Source: Phoronis australis (taxonomy: Eukaryota; Animalia; Phoronida). Taken from it: 64,000 nt of DNA. Shown one piece after another: positions 13,701 through 25,888 of this stretch; within the stretch, counting starts at the first letter, position 1, and the number at the start of each line of letters is the position of its first letter. Position numbers and translations under genes: made by a program. The notes under the pieces are model-generated. The model did not search any database and was not told where the DNA came from. It saw only the letters and a list, made by a program, of their open reading frames with translations. The stretch covers positions 250,493 to 314,492 of the forward strand of contig NMRA01000092.1 in assembly GCA_002633005.1 (NCBI GenBank), in the 5' to 3' direction.

Positions 13701-13733
13701 GTTGCTCACGTTCTCTGGATCAGGGTCAGACAT
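1787..13733 (-). CDS. Dispatched/Patched-family RND membrane protein with sterol-sensing domain (protein dispatched homolog-like), 11 coding exons, about 1126 aa
   Basis: Phase-consistent GT-AG exon chain read by eye: 13733-13607, 12499-12363, 11311-9671, 7608-7372, 6161-6033, 5181-5050, 4550-4415, 4147-4008, 3804-3730, 3019-2849, 2242-1787 (3381 nt). Family motifs GVGADDIFVF (TM4), RAALTMLVTSLTT, and GLSVDYIVHLAEAY (TM10), with two large luminal loops. Which Dispatched paralog it corresponds to cannot be decided by eye. Confidence 0.9.
6349..7318. mobile_element. TIR-bounded non-autonomous element carrying a 169-bp internal direct repeat
   Basis: AGGCCAAAAAAA...GGTCTCT at left, AGAGACC...TTTTTTGTCCT at right; direct repeat 6478-6646 and 6945-7113. 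Confidence 0.5.
6478..7113. repeat. 169-bp near-identical direct repeat, period 467 bp
   Basis: TTTTTATATGCGCTAACTGCG...GGTGACAATCTGC at 6478-6646 and 6945-7113 with only about 3 substitutions. Confidence 0.9.
7761..7824. repeat. 32-bp tandem duplication
   Basis: TAAGACCTGGAACATGGWTTATGAAAATCACC twice, one mismatch. Confidence 0.9.
8673..8880. mobile_element. MITE, CATGCGCGCACCCAG TIR family, copy 2
   Basis: Same TIRs; perfect 6-bp flanking duplication CAGAAG; in intron 3 of the Dispatched-like gene. Confidence 0.8.
13038..13093. repeat. Compound (TA)/(TG)/(TGCG) microsatellite
   Basis: Alternating purine-pyrimidine tract in intron 1 of the Dispatched-like gene. Confidence 0.85.
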
Positions 13734-15850
13734 ACTCTGAAATATGTTAGAACAGGCGACATGTATGTGCGTGCCAATTAATAATGCATATTTCGTAGCA
13801 TGCCAGAACCGGGAAATCGCCCTAGCAGACTAAAAATAAAAATTGAATTAGACCTTCAGCAGTCTCGTGTCATACAATACTGTTATAGGATTGTGTTTCC
13901 ATGTGAAAGCATGAGCGATTAAAAAACGCCTCAAAGTATATTGGTGGTATTGTCTAATCCTAAAATTGCCGGCGATTTCGAAAATGGCGCATGCTACGCA
14001 CAGACCTAGCTATATGACTTGAATTGATAATTATATATCACAGTAAGGTAGGGCCTATGCATTCTAGACCAATTTTATGAGCGAATAAGGCCTAATTCGA
14101 TTTTCGTGTTTAGAACCTTTACTCCATGTTGCTCGTGGCCCGTGTTCTTATTTATCGCAGGATTCTCCATATATGAACATGGCGGATCTACTAACCATAA
14201 CACATCTGAATATACAAATCATTTGTCCAGTACGACGACACAGGCACAAGTACTTCCGTCATGAACTTACGTCATATGTAAATGAGCTTTGACAGATACG
14301 TTTGTAGTGTTTCCACAGTACCGCATTTAATACTCACATCCGTTTATTTTTAGGTAATCCTCATGACAAACCTCGGCTAACAAACGTCCGACAAGCGATC
14401 TGTGCGACATAACACAATATGGCGACTTCATTGGTTATTTAACAAGTTGAACCTTCTATTGTTAATCTTACTATGAGTGCGTATGCACCAAGTATGCAAG
14501 CCCGGTTGTCACTGTGCCGGTCTTGTGCGAGGGCTAAGTTGAATTGCAGGTCAACAATGACGCAAATAGGAGCAGCTAGTCACGGTGGAAACCAGCTATT
14601 ACAATGGGCGAGCAAACTTACACACAAGTCAATAAGAATCTCACATGTCATGAGGCTTTACCTATATTGCGATGTAGACTAGCGTATGAAGGTATCACTG
14701 CATTGAAAAATCAGTTTTGCCACTGAAAGACATTCAGTTCATGCCAAAGTAGTGCAGGCCAAGACCTTGACTGATGCCTCGCGATCGAGGCATATCCCGG
14801 CAGTACTGAGCTTACATGCGCAACTATAAAAACCTTAAAACGACAGTAAAACCGGGCTTACTGTCAAACTTGAAAACAGTTTTGATTTAGCCCACTTACA
14901 ATTACGAAGTTGGTCTCAGTCAAATTGTTCCCTAGTCAAGAGATTAATGTTGGTCTTAAAAAAAGAATCGGTTATTCCCGACTCGCCCAGAAAACACTTT
15001 CACACGGAGTAAAGAACAAGAAAAGACTATAGTCTAATTCAATATTTGTTTTACCGAAAGCACGTGTTTACAGCCGCTTTATTATCTCGCAGGAACACCT
15101 TTCTAAAATCCATAGTCCGCAGCATTTTTTTACCATGAACCACAGTATATAGCAGCCTACTAATTCGGTTTAAATAATTTGACTATTACATACGTTTGAA
15201 AAAACAAGCTATGACCAAAAAGCACTTGTCACCATTAACTTTTAGTGGTATCCCGTCAGGAGCACTCCAGTTTCGACGGCAGCCTGCACCATTGCAAGTC
15301 AGATACACGTGGCCCTAGGTCAAGTGACCCATAGGTCCTCAAATCTATGAGCCAGTTTGAAGAAGTATGTTTCACGTTACCGGTGTCGAATGTCCGCCTT
15401 TTTCGATATAATTTTTGGGGTTAGCATTTAAATATGCATGGTATCGTCTTTTACGCGATTGGTGATTGGTCTAAACGGATAACCGCATCTAAACACATGA
15501 ATCCGCAGTTGAGATCTACATTTTCGCAATGTGATAGACCCCATTTGGCTAAAATTGTTTGTTTCGATCAGCTGCTACTAAAAATTCTTACACGAGTGGG
15601 GGACCCCCCCCTTCCGACCTCCCCCCGTTCGACGCTACGTACCTCGGGATTCGCGCGAATTCTAACCTCCCCTCTTACTGAAAACATATAGATCCGCCTC
15701 TGTTTTACGTAACATAATTAGAAGGGTGCTAGATATCTTGTGTGCATATTTTCATAGCGAACAAGGGCTTCCTGATGACCACTTTTATATTAAAAGCAGT
15801 CCAATTAAAACATTAGAAAAGTTTTTCCTGGACAAGAGAAATCCATTACA

Positions 15851-15940
15851 GCCACCAGGTGGCACGGTATATTGCGATAGAAGGCGCTGCATTCTTAGCA
15901 ATATGGCAGCTTCCATTGAACTCTCTTCACTCCTTCAGGT
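15851..15940 (+). promoter_or_regulatory. CTCF-like site followed by YY1-like motif and a splice donor (candidate first exon of the 7TM gene)
   Basis: GCCACCAGGTGGCAC at 15851-15865 matches the CTCF core; CAATATGGCAGC at 15899; CAG/GTAAAT donor at 15938; candidate acceptors at 18510, 18960, 19663 upstream of the 7TM ORF. Confidence 0.4.
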
Positions 15941-16133
15941 AAATTGTTTTTGTAGTACGAATCTAAACAGTGATGAAAAAACTCTAGCCATAGCCACTGA
16001 TATAAGCGGATCCAAGGCTGTTTAGGTTTTCTGGTACCTCGCACTTTTAAAGCACGGGATTATCTCGTACTGCCTACTTATCTCGTTCGTTTTGAACACT
16101 CAATCAACACTAATTTGTCATCAAGACATTACT

Positions 16134-17072
16134 TAGGCAATGACCATCGCCTGCCCTCTGTTGGCCCGAAGCAGAGGTGATGCAGAAGCTATAGGCGCTC
16201 TGTACGCCGGAAGCTTTTCGGCAAATTATGCCTCGCACCGTCTAAACCATCAAAGTCACGTTGTTATAAATACCTTTTGCGCATAGAGGAACACCTTAGG
16301 AGCTTGTCGGTGTGTTTAATTCCTTCCAACTCGAACAAATACTCCCGTTATGAAACTTTTTCTTCGAGCAATCCCTATTTCAGTTCCCAAAATCATGAAA
16401 TCAACTTTTTCATTTTTTTAACCAGGCCGAAGGTCAGAAGTTGCGGACCTACCGGCAAACTTTGAAAGCTGAAGTTCCCGCCCTTCGCGTATGTGCTGCC
16501 GGGAACCAGCCGTGCATTTGCCGTGTTGTTAAACATTAAAATGTCAAATATGTGCTCAAAGACTATTAAATGTCATATCAACAGCATTTATTTTTATCAA
16601 ATACAAAAAATGATTCATTGAAATACAATCAGTTTCAAGTAACGCCAATTAAAGACAAGTATAAGTGGTGGCATTTTGGAAACGAACATTTGACTGACAA
16701 GACCGCAATGGCTCACCTTTGGCCTATTTAAAGATTGAGGTCATGAATTCACATCACCTAGCGAGCCCGGTAAAAATTGGAGCGTGCGCAGTATAAAAAT
16801 GGTGAGTTCACGATTTTGGGAACTGAAATAGGGATCTTTTTGCTAGAAGAAAAAGTTTGATAATGGGAGTATTTGTTCGAGTTGGAAGGAATTAAACACA
16901 TCGACAATCTCCTCAGGTGTTTCTCTTTGCGCAAAAGGTATTTATAACAACGTGACTTTGATAGTTTAGTCGGTGCGAGGCATAATTCGCCGAAAAGCTT
17001 CCGGCGTACAGAGCGCCTATAGCCTCTGCATCGCCTCTGCTTCGGGCCAACAGAGGCGATGGTCATTGCCTA
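16134..17072. mobile_element. Non-autonomous Mutator-type (MULE-like) element, 939 bp, long TIRs, 9-bp TSD
   Basis: About 270-bp inverted arms beginning TAGGCAATGACCATCGCC (16134) and ending GGCGATGGTCATTGCCTA (17072); perfect GACATTACT duplication at 16125-16133 and 17073-17081. Confidence 0.85.
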
Positions 17073-17081
17073 GACATTACT

Positions 17082-17543
17082 TAGACAGTGAGTAGTGACC
17101 ACCGTCTCTACCTGGCCTGTAGAGACAGTGTAGCTCCTGCAGGAGCTTCATATGCTGGAAGCTTTTTGACGAATTGTGCTTCACACCCATCGTTGCACCT
17201 TTTGCACATAGAGCAACAGCTTAGGAGCAGTGTTTGACCTTCGCTTCACTCAGCAAATAAATGTGCTGGCTCACCTGGCCAATTACTTGAACGCTGCTCA
17301 TGAGGCCGTCGATGTCTAATTATTTCCAACTCGAACAAATGCTACCGTTACCAAACTTTTTCTTTGAGCAGTCCCTCGTTCAGTTCTAAAAATCAGTAAC
17401 TGGCTATAATCACACTGCTCATGCCAGGGGATATGGCTTCATACCACCTGCCACATGCAGTGTTAAAATTAGTCCCAATTCACTGAAAAGCTTGCGTCTC
17501 TATTGAGCCAGCTAGAGACGATGCTCACCCGTCTACACTGTCA
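17082..17543. mobile_element. Older degenerate relative of the adjacent MULE-like element
   Basis: 17082-17395 is a decayed direct copy of the TIR (GGAAGCTTTT, CCTTTTGCACATAGAG, TTCCAACTCGAACAAAT, CAGTTCTAAAAATC); 17507-17542 is an imperfect inverted match to 17083-17116. Confidence 0.6.
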
Positions 17544-19754
17544 TTGACATGGTATTAATGCCAAGTGAACAGTGAACACACGTCTCACCGGGATTTGGCA
17601 AGACCCTGGTTGTGGTATAAAAGTGTGTATAAAAATATACACTGTGGATCATAACTGCCTAAAAAGTGAGTGAGATAGCATAAAACACTTTTACATAATT
17701 CATAGGCGAGGAGAACCATGATGCCTATGGATTTGCGGCACTAGTCGGATATATACTAGTAATGTACCCTGAATTAGAGAACTAGGCAATCACTGAATAA
17801 CAGCCGTTATTTAGTGGATGAAACAGGTTAATTTGGGTCCATTGTATCCGACAAGTGCCGGATTTCCTAAGCAGTAGCCTGGGATAAATTTTCAAATTTA
17901 TTAAATACACCCAGGTTCTAATTAATCATGCATGTATCAATCACACACTTATATTTTTTAAACAGTGGCGGTAAACATAGCCAAAAGATAAGTTCTAAAA
18001 GCTGCAAAGTTGCAAATACAAGCAACATAGATGCACACAACGTTCTGGTTATGGCATTACTGAAACTTGGCAGTAAAAACTTTAACTTTAACGTGTTTCT
18101 CATGCAAGTAAGTGCAAAATTTCACTCCTCCGAAGGATAAACCTGCTTGTCCAAACCACTTAATGTCTGAACCACATTAGATCTGGGTATACAAATTGAC
18201 TGTTCTAATTAACTACTAGCCCGTTGGCATTCTTCTGTGAAATTTCAATTGCCCGATGTAACAAAAGCTACTTGCTGTCGGGCTGTCGGGGGTACTGTTA
18301 GTATCAAGCCCTGGTTACAATACTACACTCAGAGATTCAGCATCTTCACACCACGAATATTTAAATGGCACACAAGATCTCAGCAGACGACTGCGGTTTA
18401 TGTATTGGTCTCTTCACAAGCGTTCAAATTTACACTTGTACACCAGATCAATTATTTATAAATACAACGCAAAAATATTGCTCTTTTAACGTAATCTTAT
18501 TATATTTCAGATATCAATTATGAAGTTAGGATAGAATGGCCATGGCTCAGGAGAATAGGGTTCACTATATCCAGGCCACACTGGCGGGGGAATTTCTGTA
18601 TCTGTAACTATGGGAAATAGTTTTTCATTGTTTTGTACAATGGGTCTACTTCAAGCCTAGTTAATAAACCCGTTGTTTAGTAACAATCCCGTGGCTACCC
18701 TTGTAACGAGAACCCTAAAGTAATAATGTACAGCATTTTTGATCTTTGTTTTGGGGATCTTGTTATATTGCATTGGGTCTCCGTTGTGTAGTTCATGTCA
18801 GCCTTGATTCATGCACTACATGGATGTGTCAAGGAATGGCCGTATGACAAATGTACCATCTTGCATAATTTGAATGATCTGTAAAATACGATCATGTTTT
18901 TCAGTGTCCCTTTATTTAATTGTTCATAAAACATCTAATCTAAGAGAAATAATTTTTCAGACTGGTACAAGGAGTTGTCCTAGAGTTTACGCTTGAGCCC
19001 CCGCATGTTCTCGAAAAAGCGCCGTGTGTGCATGTGTGGGCTTGTATATGCACATAATTTTCCAAGATTTCAGTAAAAACGCCCAAGGCACAGATACAGA
19101 CATTCCCAGTACAAGTTTTGTTTTGTTTGATTCACTTCACCGGTTTTAATTTTCAATATTTGTTACTGTTGTGTTCGATTTGATTTTAGCCACTTCACAT
19201 GGTGTTAGATTTCTTTACGTAGTTACGTCTATTTGTCTTTTATTTCATTCACACTAATTGTCGCCATTTCTCTTAATGTCTTCATTCCTTAGCTTAAGAT
19301 ATTTTATCCATTTTAACAAAAGCAGGGAGACCTGAGATTACACAATAAGACTGTCTTGTTTTTAAACTTTGAATTGATCGTAGTTTAGGTGAGGTGCAAA
19401 AACGTTTTGTAATTTCTGGCTATTGTGGTCTTGTTGTCAAATTGTTGTCTCCTTATACCTTACATGAAACTCATAAGCACCCCTGATATTTTTGCTGCCC
19501 TTGTTTTTTAAGTCGACCCATGGAAACACGTGTTACTGACCTTTAGTTCATCCAAATCAGTTTGAGACACTATGGGTCAATTGAATTGTCTTCACGCTAT
19601 TTTTAAAATGACGCTTGATACTATTGAAAAAGAATAAAACTAATGGAGCTCTTGTATTTGTAGATAAACTAGATATTTGATGGAGGACAACTGATGGATA
19701 AGGACAAGTACACACTGCAGAGCGTCACATGACAGTTACTACAGGGACGTCAAG

Positions 19755-20552
19755 ATGGACGTTGGCATGCAAACATGGTGGAATGCAGGTTTTCATTGGC
19801 TATTCACTTTACTATTTGCTTTCATGTTGGTGACGTGCTTGAAATATTTATGGCAACGTCGAGCAGCATACTGTAGTTGTCCCAAGAGTTGGCTGTTTTT
19901 GTTCACCTGTGTCTCTGTGGTATGTGTGAATGGTGTTTACATGGTGTACCACTTGATGAGAGCCTGTCAAAGAGTAAGGAACTTCATGTATCTTTCCAAG
20001 TTCTTGTGTACAGTTCACGGCAATATGATGCATGCTGTTAATGTATACTATACTCTTGTCTGCTGTCTCGTTCACTTGGACCTGGTGAAATGCGGAGTGA
20101 CTACAAAGTTGAAAGGAATTGCTATGATCGTGTTAGTATTGAGCACACCATTCCTGATAAGTGTCTGTTTGACACTCGACATTGATTGGTACGTATTTGT
20201 GCTATCGAGAGTGCCTGGCTGTTGTGTACGACTGGCGATGAATTCCAGGAGTCTGGCTATGCTGGAGTTTGTGGTCACGGTCATCCCAACCACTTTTGTC
20301 GTGACTATGAACATGTGGCGGATATCAGTCTGGTTTAGTAATTATGCTAATTCACAGTGCACGCACAGAGCTTGGGTTGGAATTATAGCCTGTCTTAATA
20401 TGAATTTTATATGGATAGCAGTATTCAAATTGCCGTCAACTATTTACACTCAGCAAATGTACTTTGATGATACCAGTAGTTCTGCCATTGCTATATTTTC
20501 GTCATTATTTATGACAGGTATATTGAAACCAGGATTAAAACTAAATCTGTAG
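19755..20552 (+). CDS. Divergent seven-transmembrane protein, rhodopsin-like (class A) GPCR-like orphan
   Basis: 265-aa ORF with seven hydrophobic segments; Cys at top of TM3 with Asp 24 residues later (C3.25/D3.49 spacing), Cys pair in the TM4-TM5 loop, TM5 IPxxxxxxxN, TM6 VFKLP. Possible splice ACAG/GTATAT at 20517 to an open phase-compatible exon 20796-20890 would give 285 aa. Confidence 0.6.
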   Translation: MDVGMQTWWNAGFHWLFTLLFAFMLVTCLKYLWQRRAAYCSCPKSWLFLFTCVSVVCVNGVYMVYHLMRACQRVRNFMYLSKFLCTVHGNMMHAVNVYYTLVCCLVHLDLVKCGVTTKLKGIAMIVLVLSTPFLISVCLTLDIDWYVFVLSRVPGCCVRLAMNSRSLAMLEFVVTVIPTTFVVTMNMWRISVWFSNYANSQCTHRAWVGIIACLNMNFIWIAVFKLPSTIYTQQMYFDDTSSSAIAIFSSLFMTGILKPGLKLNL

Positions 20553-22599
20553 TATGTAGTTCTATTGTCAGTGTAAGGTATGCCATGTGTCAGCCAGTGT
20601 TCATGTATTGTGTTGATCTAAATGTATGAATTTATAATTTCTAAATTGATTATCATGTTATTTATGTTATTTGTAATCTAAAATTTACTTTGTACAGTAT
20701 TCTAAATTGACTTGGTGGCCTCTGATATTAGCAGTTTTTTAGAGTCACTGAGTGATATTTTTGGGAATGTTAAATATACGTTTCTGTCTTTGCAGTGCTT
20801 AAGAAATTTTATGGTGCTAATTATCCACGCAAGTTTTATAAAATTAATAATCTAGTGCCTGAATGGCTGAATTTGCTTTACATACATTAATTTTGCTCTT
20901 TTTAGACCTTATTAGGCTCTCACATATGCGAGAGCATATTGCTGTCATCTCCGTCTGTCCAGCCCCCTTGACGAATATTCATGAAATTTTCTAGCAATTG
21001 CTTTAAATTTGTTAAGGTCATCCCACACGTTTTATGATTTAATGATTTTGTCACACGTAGCACTAGACTGTAGACTTCAAGGTAGAAATGATCTTATGAA
21101 CCATTTGTTAGAGGCCAGCGGGACAAACTTGGATTGCCTTACAGAATTGGCAAGAGGGAGATAGCTGTCAGAAGAAGATATATTTGAATTAGCATTGTGT
21201 TGTAGATATTGACCAATGTAGTGAAGAATTTGTTGAATTATTCCACATTGGAAACATAGTCATGACCTGTCACTGTTTTTAAACAACGTATCCAGAGCAG
21301 ACGGAGTAGATTTTCTATTGAGAGTTACTATTTATTGTATCGCAAGTTTTGTTATTGCCCTTTTGATGTAGTTCAAATTCCTTTAAATAATGTAACTGTT
21401 GAGCAAGGCGTACCTTTTTGAAGTTGTTGAAAGTTTTGAAATATGTATAGATTTTGAAGTTTTATATTAGCTTATTTCTAAATGGTATTGCAGAGCCTGA
21501 TGTTATGTGTTATCCAGTTGTTGGCCTTGTGTATCTTTTGGTTGAACTGAACTATTTTAGAACATCTACAGAGTTTTTTCTCTAACTCTTGGAATTTATT
21601 CAAGAGGAAAGAATAAGTGTTATGGGAATTTTTGCAGAAATCTGAGTTTAGAATATTTAGAGAATTCAACTGAGTCTAAATCACTTACTCTGGATTTACC
21701 GTCTCTTGACAAATTGTAAAGATCAGGTGTTGAATCTTCTCCAAAATTTGACAAAATCGTGTCAGTTGTCTAGGCAAAATCAAAATTCTTGATGTCTGAA
21801 TTCCTGTGATTAGTATAACTGCGATAAACCTCGAGTAACCTCAGGCATTTTCGAGAGAGGTTTCATTCGACACGTATATGTCTGGTTCTTTGTTTTTTTA
21901 ACAATTTCCTTGCATGAAAAAATCACTCCTTTTGTAGGAAACGAAAAGAACACTGAGACAATGTTTGAAGTGATACGTACTTCTTTTTTTATTCTATGGG
22001 AACGTTCAGTGTCACCTTAGTCTAGCTGGACACCAATTTTGTTTGCAGGGTTGATAACAAAGTTATCTGTATCCTCATCACGAACTTCCCTCTTTGCTCC
22101 TTGAATCCTCAAACAGATACTTTATTCTTCTTTACTATTGTTCCAAACTTGGAACATGTGTTTTTGGTGGAGCGAATGTCGTAAAAATTTAGACGAGCAG
22201 TCATTTTGAGAAGAAAGAAAACTTTATGCAAAACTTACACAAGGTCTGTGTTGTATGCGATGCTCACTGCGGGTGCATATCAACACTCATGGTTTTTGAC
22301 GGGCATTCAAAAGTTTTGGTGGCAGTTAGTCATTGTATAGAAATTTTATAGTCACGTGGTATTACTGCAATTCATCCAGTAAACCTGAATCAAAACTGTG
22401 ATAAGTTGACACGTTCATTTCTCTGTGTACAAAGTATGGCTTATGCAAATTTTATTGTGTACTCACCTTCACACACCTGACTTGTATTAAATGACTCACT
22501 TATATTTCCATTTTCTATTGAAATAAATTCAAAAAACTACAATAAAATTGATCTTAGTTTGACGTACTTCACACATCAAAAATTAAGAAGTTCCTCTCT

Positions 22600-24506
22600 T
22601 TAGTCCCCAGACTCTTGTAAGGTCAAGCACTGCAAACCCACACCTGTGACAGTCACCTGGTGGATCCCTTCAGTTCTGAAACGGGTTACAATAGACCACG
22701 GTGATATTTCTTCAATTTAGGACACAGTTTGGCCGACAAGTGAAACTTTACTTTCTCATTTTTTTATTAAAGATATTTTATTGCTCACCAAATGAACTAA
22801 ATTTTATACTTTTCAGGTCCAGTTTCTGCACCAAGGCTACCATTGGGCAATACTTTGAAAAATAGAGGACATTCACAACAATGTTAGAACTTGAAAATGA
22901 GAACAGGGAAAATTTAGTATAATCATTTTTGTCCGAAATTTGTAAGTTCCTCATGAAGATGGCTGAGTGCAGCCATACATTAGCTCAAACAGTCCGCTTC
23001 ACTTTTTTCAGCGCCATCTCTGGAGGAGTGGCATTTTACGAAGATGCATTGACAAGTAAAATTCCATGAATTGGAATCAATGTACAAACTCTGGTTCACA
23101 TGTTTGTCCTAAACAAATGGTCCAGGACAAATTTTCTCCTTCAAACACTGGAAAAGAGGGTAAAAGTCACAGGGACCCAGCATTTAGAGAACAATTTTTT
23201 CACTGAATAACGGGTGTTAAACTGCTTTTCAAAATCCAGGACATTTGTAAGTGACTACTGCTGAAAAGAGTGTAACTTTCTGCTTGAGCTGGTTGTCTGG
23301 GAACAACGTGACAGGAGAAGTAGAGAGCTCTTAGAGATTTAGTCCAGCATCAAAATACTTTCCTATAGTTAATGTACACATTCCAAAGTCTAAATTTGTG
23401 GTTGCTTAACCATTAGAGTATACCTTTGAACCATCCCAAACTTGACTTACCGGTACCTTTAGTTCAAAGGTGCAAAATTTGGAGCTTCCGAAAGAAAGAG
23501 CAAAACAACCCACTTTAAAAACTTTAAGATGGCTTCACCGAGCACTTCCAGCAGGATGGCTAAGAGATAACTAGATCATACTAAAACAAAATCGTACCCT
23601 TTCTGAAGCCAGGTTTCCAAGCAGGACACATCAGCAATGTTTATGAAGACTGAGTTGACTAGCTGTAGAGTAGGTCTTTTTTCCAAGTGAACGGTCCATA
23701 TATTGACTCGCTGATCAATGGATGTTGACACAACCGTGTGCGCATTAAGAAAAGACACCCCTACAAATACAGTATCATTGCAATTTTATAGAGTAAGGGG
23801 CAATGCACCGACATATAACTATTGGGTGTAATGACGCTTTCTTGTGACTGTACGACGTGCAAATCACAGTTTTTTAACTCGTAATCAGTGATAAACTTCA
23901 CATTCTTTCAAAGTTACACCTTCTATACCACAATAAACCATTTTTGTGCAACCAATCATGCTGTGTGAAAATCTGACCAACTTCCATCAATAAGTTTAGT
24001 TGTAATGGCACTTGTCAAAAACAACACAACAATGCAGGACATGTCCTTCGGAATATGAAGTACTCCAAGACCTGGGAGAATAATTTCGGGCACTTTTTAT
24101 CACATAATTGTACTGAAAATGCTGAGGGCAGAAAAATTTTGTTCAGTAGCCGCATTCACACCTAAATCCAGCAACTGGACTCTTTACACATCGTCTAGAG
24201 ATCGAAAACTGTAGTCACGAATGAAATCATTATGGGACTTTCAAACTAAATGTAAAGAACCAGTAAACACATACACCAGGCCCATAATAGCACGTGCCTG
24301 GACCTTCTCGCATTTAATTGGCAAAATTAATTATAAGCTCAGCAACTGGATTGTTTTTCCACCCTGGTACTAACCTGTTATCTGAGTAGCATGAGCCGAA
24401 GCAACTGCTGACTGTGCAGAGAGTGACCATCGTCCATCGGTCAGCACAAGCTGAGAGACATGAAGTGCATTGTCGTCTCCACCGCTGACTACCAGCAGAT
24501 CACCAT
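22600..24506 (-). CDS. WDR6: Second copy of the last three WDR6 coding exons (allelic haplotype or tandem duplicate)
   Basis: Exons 24506-24375, 23760-23598, 22675-22600 have the same lengths (132, 163, 76 nt), intact splice sites and near-identical translation to 27774-27643, 27037-26875, 25964-25889; AATAAA on the minus strand at 22456-22451. Confidence 0.85.
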
Positions 24507-24905
24507 CTGCAACACACAGCAACAACACATCAACATCTGTGATACACAACAACAACAAATCACCGTCTGTAACATGCAGCAAAAACAGTTGTCGATGTAG
24601 AATTCTTTGGGATTAAAAGAAATTATGCTCATCCAATCTTGAAATGTTGAAAAATGAGCCAGCAATTCAAGCCACCGGCAACGAGTGCAAGTGCCATTTT
24701 CGAATTTACAATGATACGGATGGCCATTCCCAATACACTTGGAGTCGTTGATGGTTTGGATGTCCTCGTTGATAACAAAAATCGAGTTCTATCATGCTAA
24801 GTAATGCTATGAGAGAACATCAATCCAGAAGTCTTCCCTTAAAAATACATTTTCGCATCAGAAAGACATACTAATTCAGAGCAGTGCTGCTCATTGGTTA
24901 GGGCT

Positions 24906-25347
24906 CTGTAGCCGGTTGCATGAAACGGTCCCAAATAGGGACTCAACTAAGGCCCCTAAGTCTTTTTGTGTATTCGTGTTTTTATGGACTCACAGATGAA
25001 ATATGTTTCTATCATTTCATCTTGATTATGAGCTCCCCTTTGATTAATGACATTTTCTAATAATACAACTGAAAACCGTACACAAAGTTCATCGAAAATA
25101 ATTAGGGATTCGGTCCTTAAATTGGGGGTGTTGCATGAAAAGATCCCTAATTATTTTCGATAATATTGACAATTCAACACAGAGTTCACTCTCGATATGT
25201 ATCAAAATTAAAAGTTGACTTAGTCATGAAACTAAAACAATACAAGAAAGGGCAATCGATGTTTTCACAAGTCCAAAAATATGCCTTAGGTTTTAGGGAA
25301 CTTAGTTGAGTCCCAATTTAGGGACTGTATCATGCCACCGGGCACTG
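24906..25347. mobile_element. MITE, CAGTGGCCGGTTGCATGAAACAGTCCC TIR family (about 420-440 bp)
   Basis: GCCGGTTGCATGAAACGGTCCCAAATAGGGACTCAACTAAG / CTTAGTTGAGTCCCAATTTAGGGACTGTATCATGCCACCGGGCACTG; five copies in the window. Confidence 0.8.
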
Positions 25348-25515
25348 GACTCTCAGGTAAGAGTCACGCGTTGAAGTACTAGGTACACTAGCAGACAAGA
25401 CAGATGGGCATTAGCCTCCTGATCCTCTCTGTTAAGTCACAGTTGTGTGGAAGGCAGTTAACAAAGAAAAACAAGAAGCGAGTGGTAATGACCAAAATGT
25501 ACTGTCAGCAGCCTC

Positions 25516-25603
25516 CAGGGGCGGATCTACGTTTTCAGTAAGGGGGGGTTTAGGATTCCCGCAAAGGTCGAACCCTAGGCGCGTGGCGCCGAGAGGGGGG
25601 GGG
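25516..25603 (+). mobile_element. Left end of a CAGGGGCGGATCT-type MITE, truncated at N
   Basis: CAGGGGCGGATCTA followed by G runs; related termini at 15702, 45732, 62746 and 63430. Confidence 0.6.
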
Positions 25604-25604
25604 N

Positions 25605-25871
25605 ATACCAAATTTCATGAAAATCCGTTCAGGACTTTTGAAGATACAAAGGTAAGCGTAAAAAACTAAAATTGCCACTAGGGGGCACACCGGTAGTCGG
25701 ATCCGTCCGAAAGTTCGCACATGCCGTCCCATTCATAAACGGAACATATGTGCCAAATTTCATGAATGTATGTCAAAGGGTTTTGGAGATAGAGCAGCGG
25801 ACGCCGGACGGACGGACGGACGGAGATGACGGCATAATGCGTCCACATATAAATATGTGGGCGCATAAAAA
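25605..25871 (-). mobile_element. Helentron-associated (HINE/DINE-1-like) non-autonomous element fragment
   Basis: Minus strand starts TTTTT-ATGCGCCCACATAT..ATATGTGGACGCAT hairpin then (GTCC)n microsatellite, inserted in a T run; degenerate relative at 20909-20990. Confidence 0.65.
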
Positions 25872-25888
25872 TTAAGAAGTTCCTCTCT

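Noticed and set aside
21050-22200. Possible decayed LINE on the minus strand (PDIYVSNETSL, QFNQKIH, CQFC)
   Set aside because: Motifs are short, scattered and interrupted; not enough to call without a profile search.
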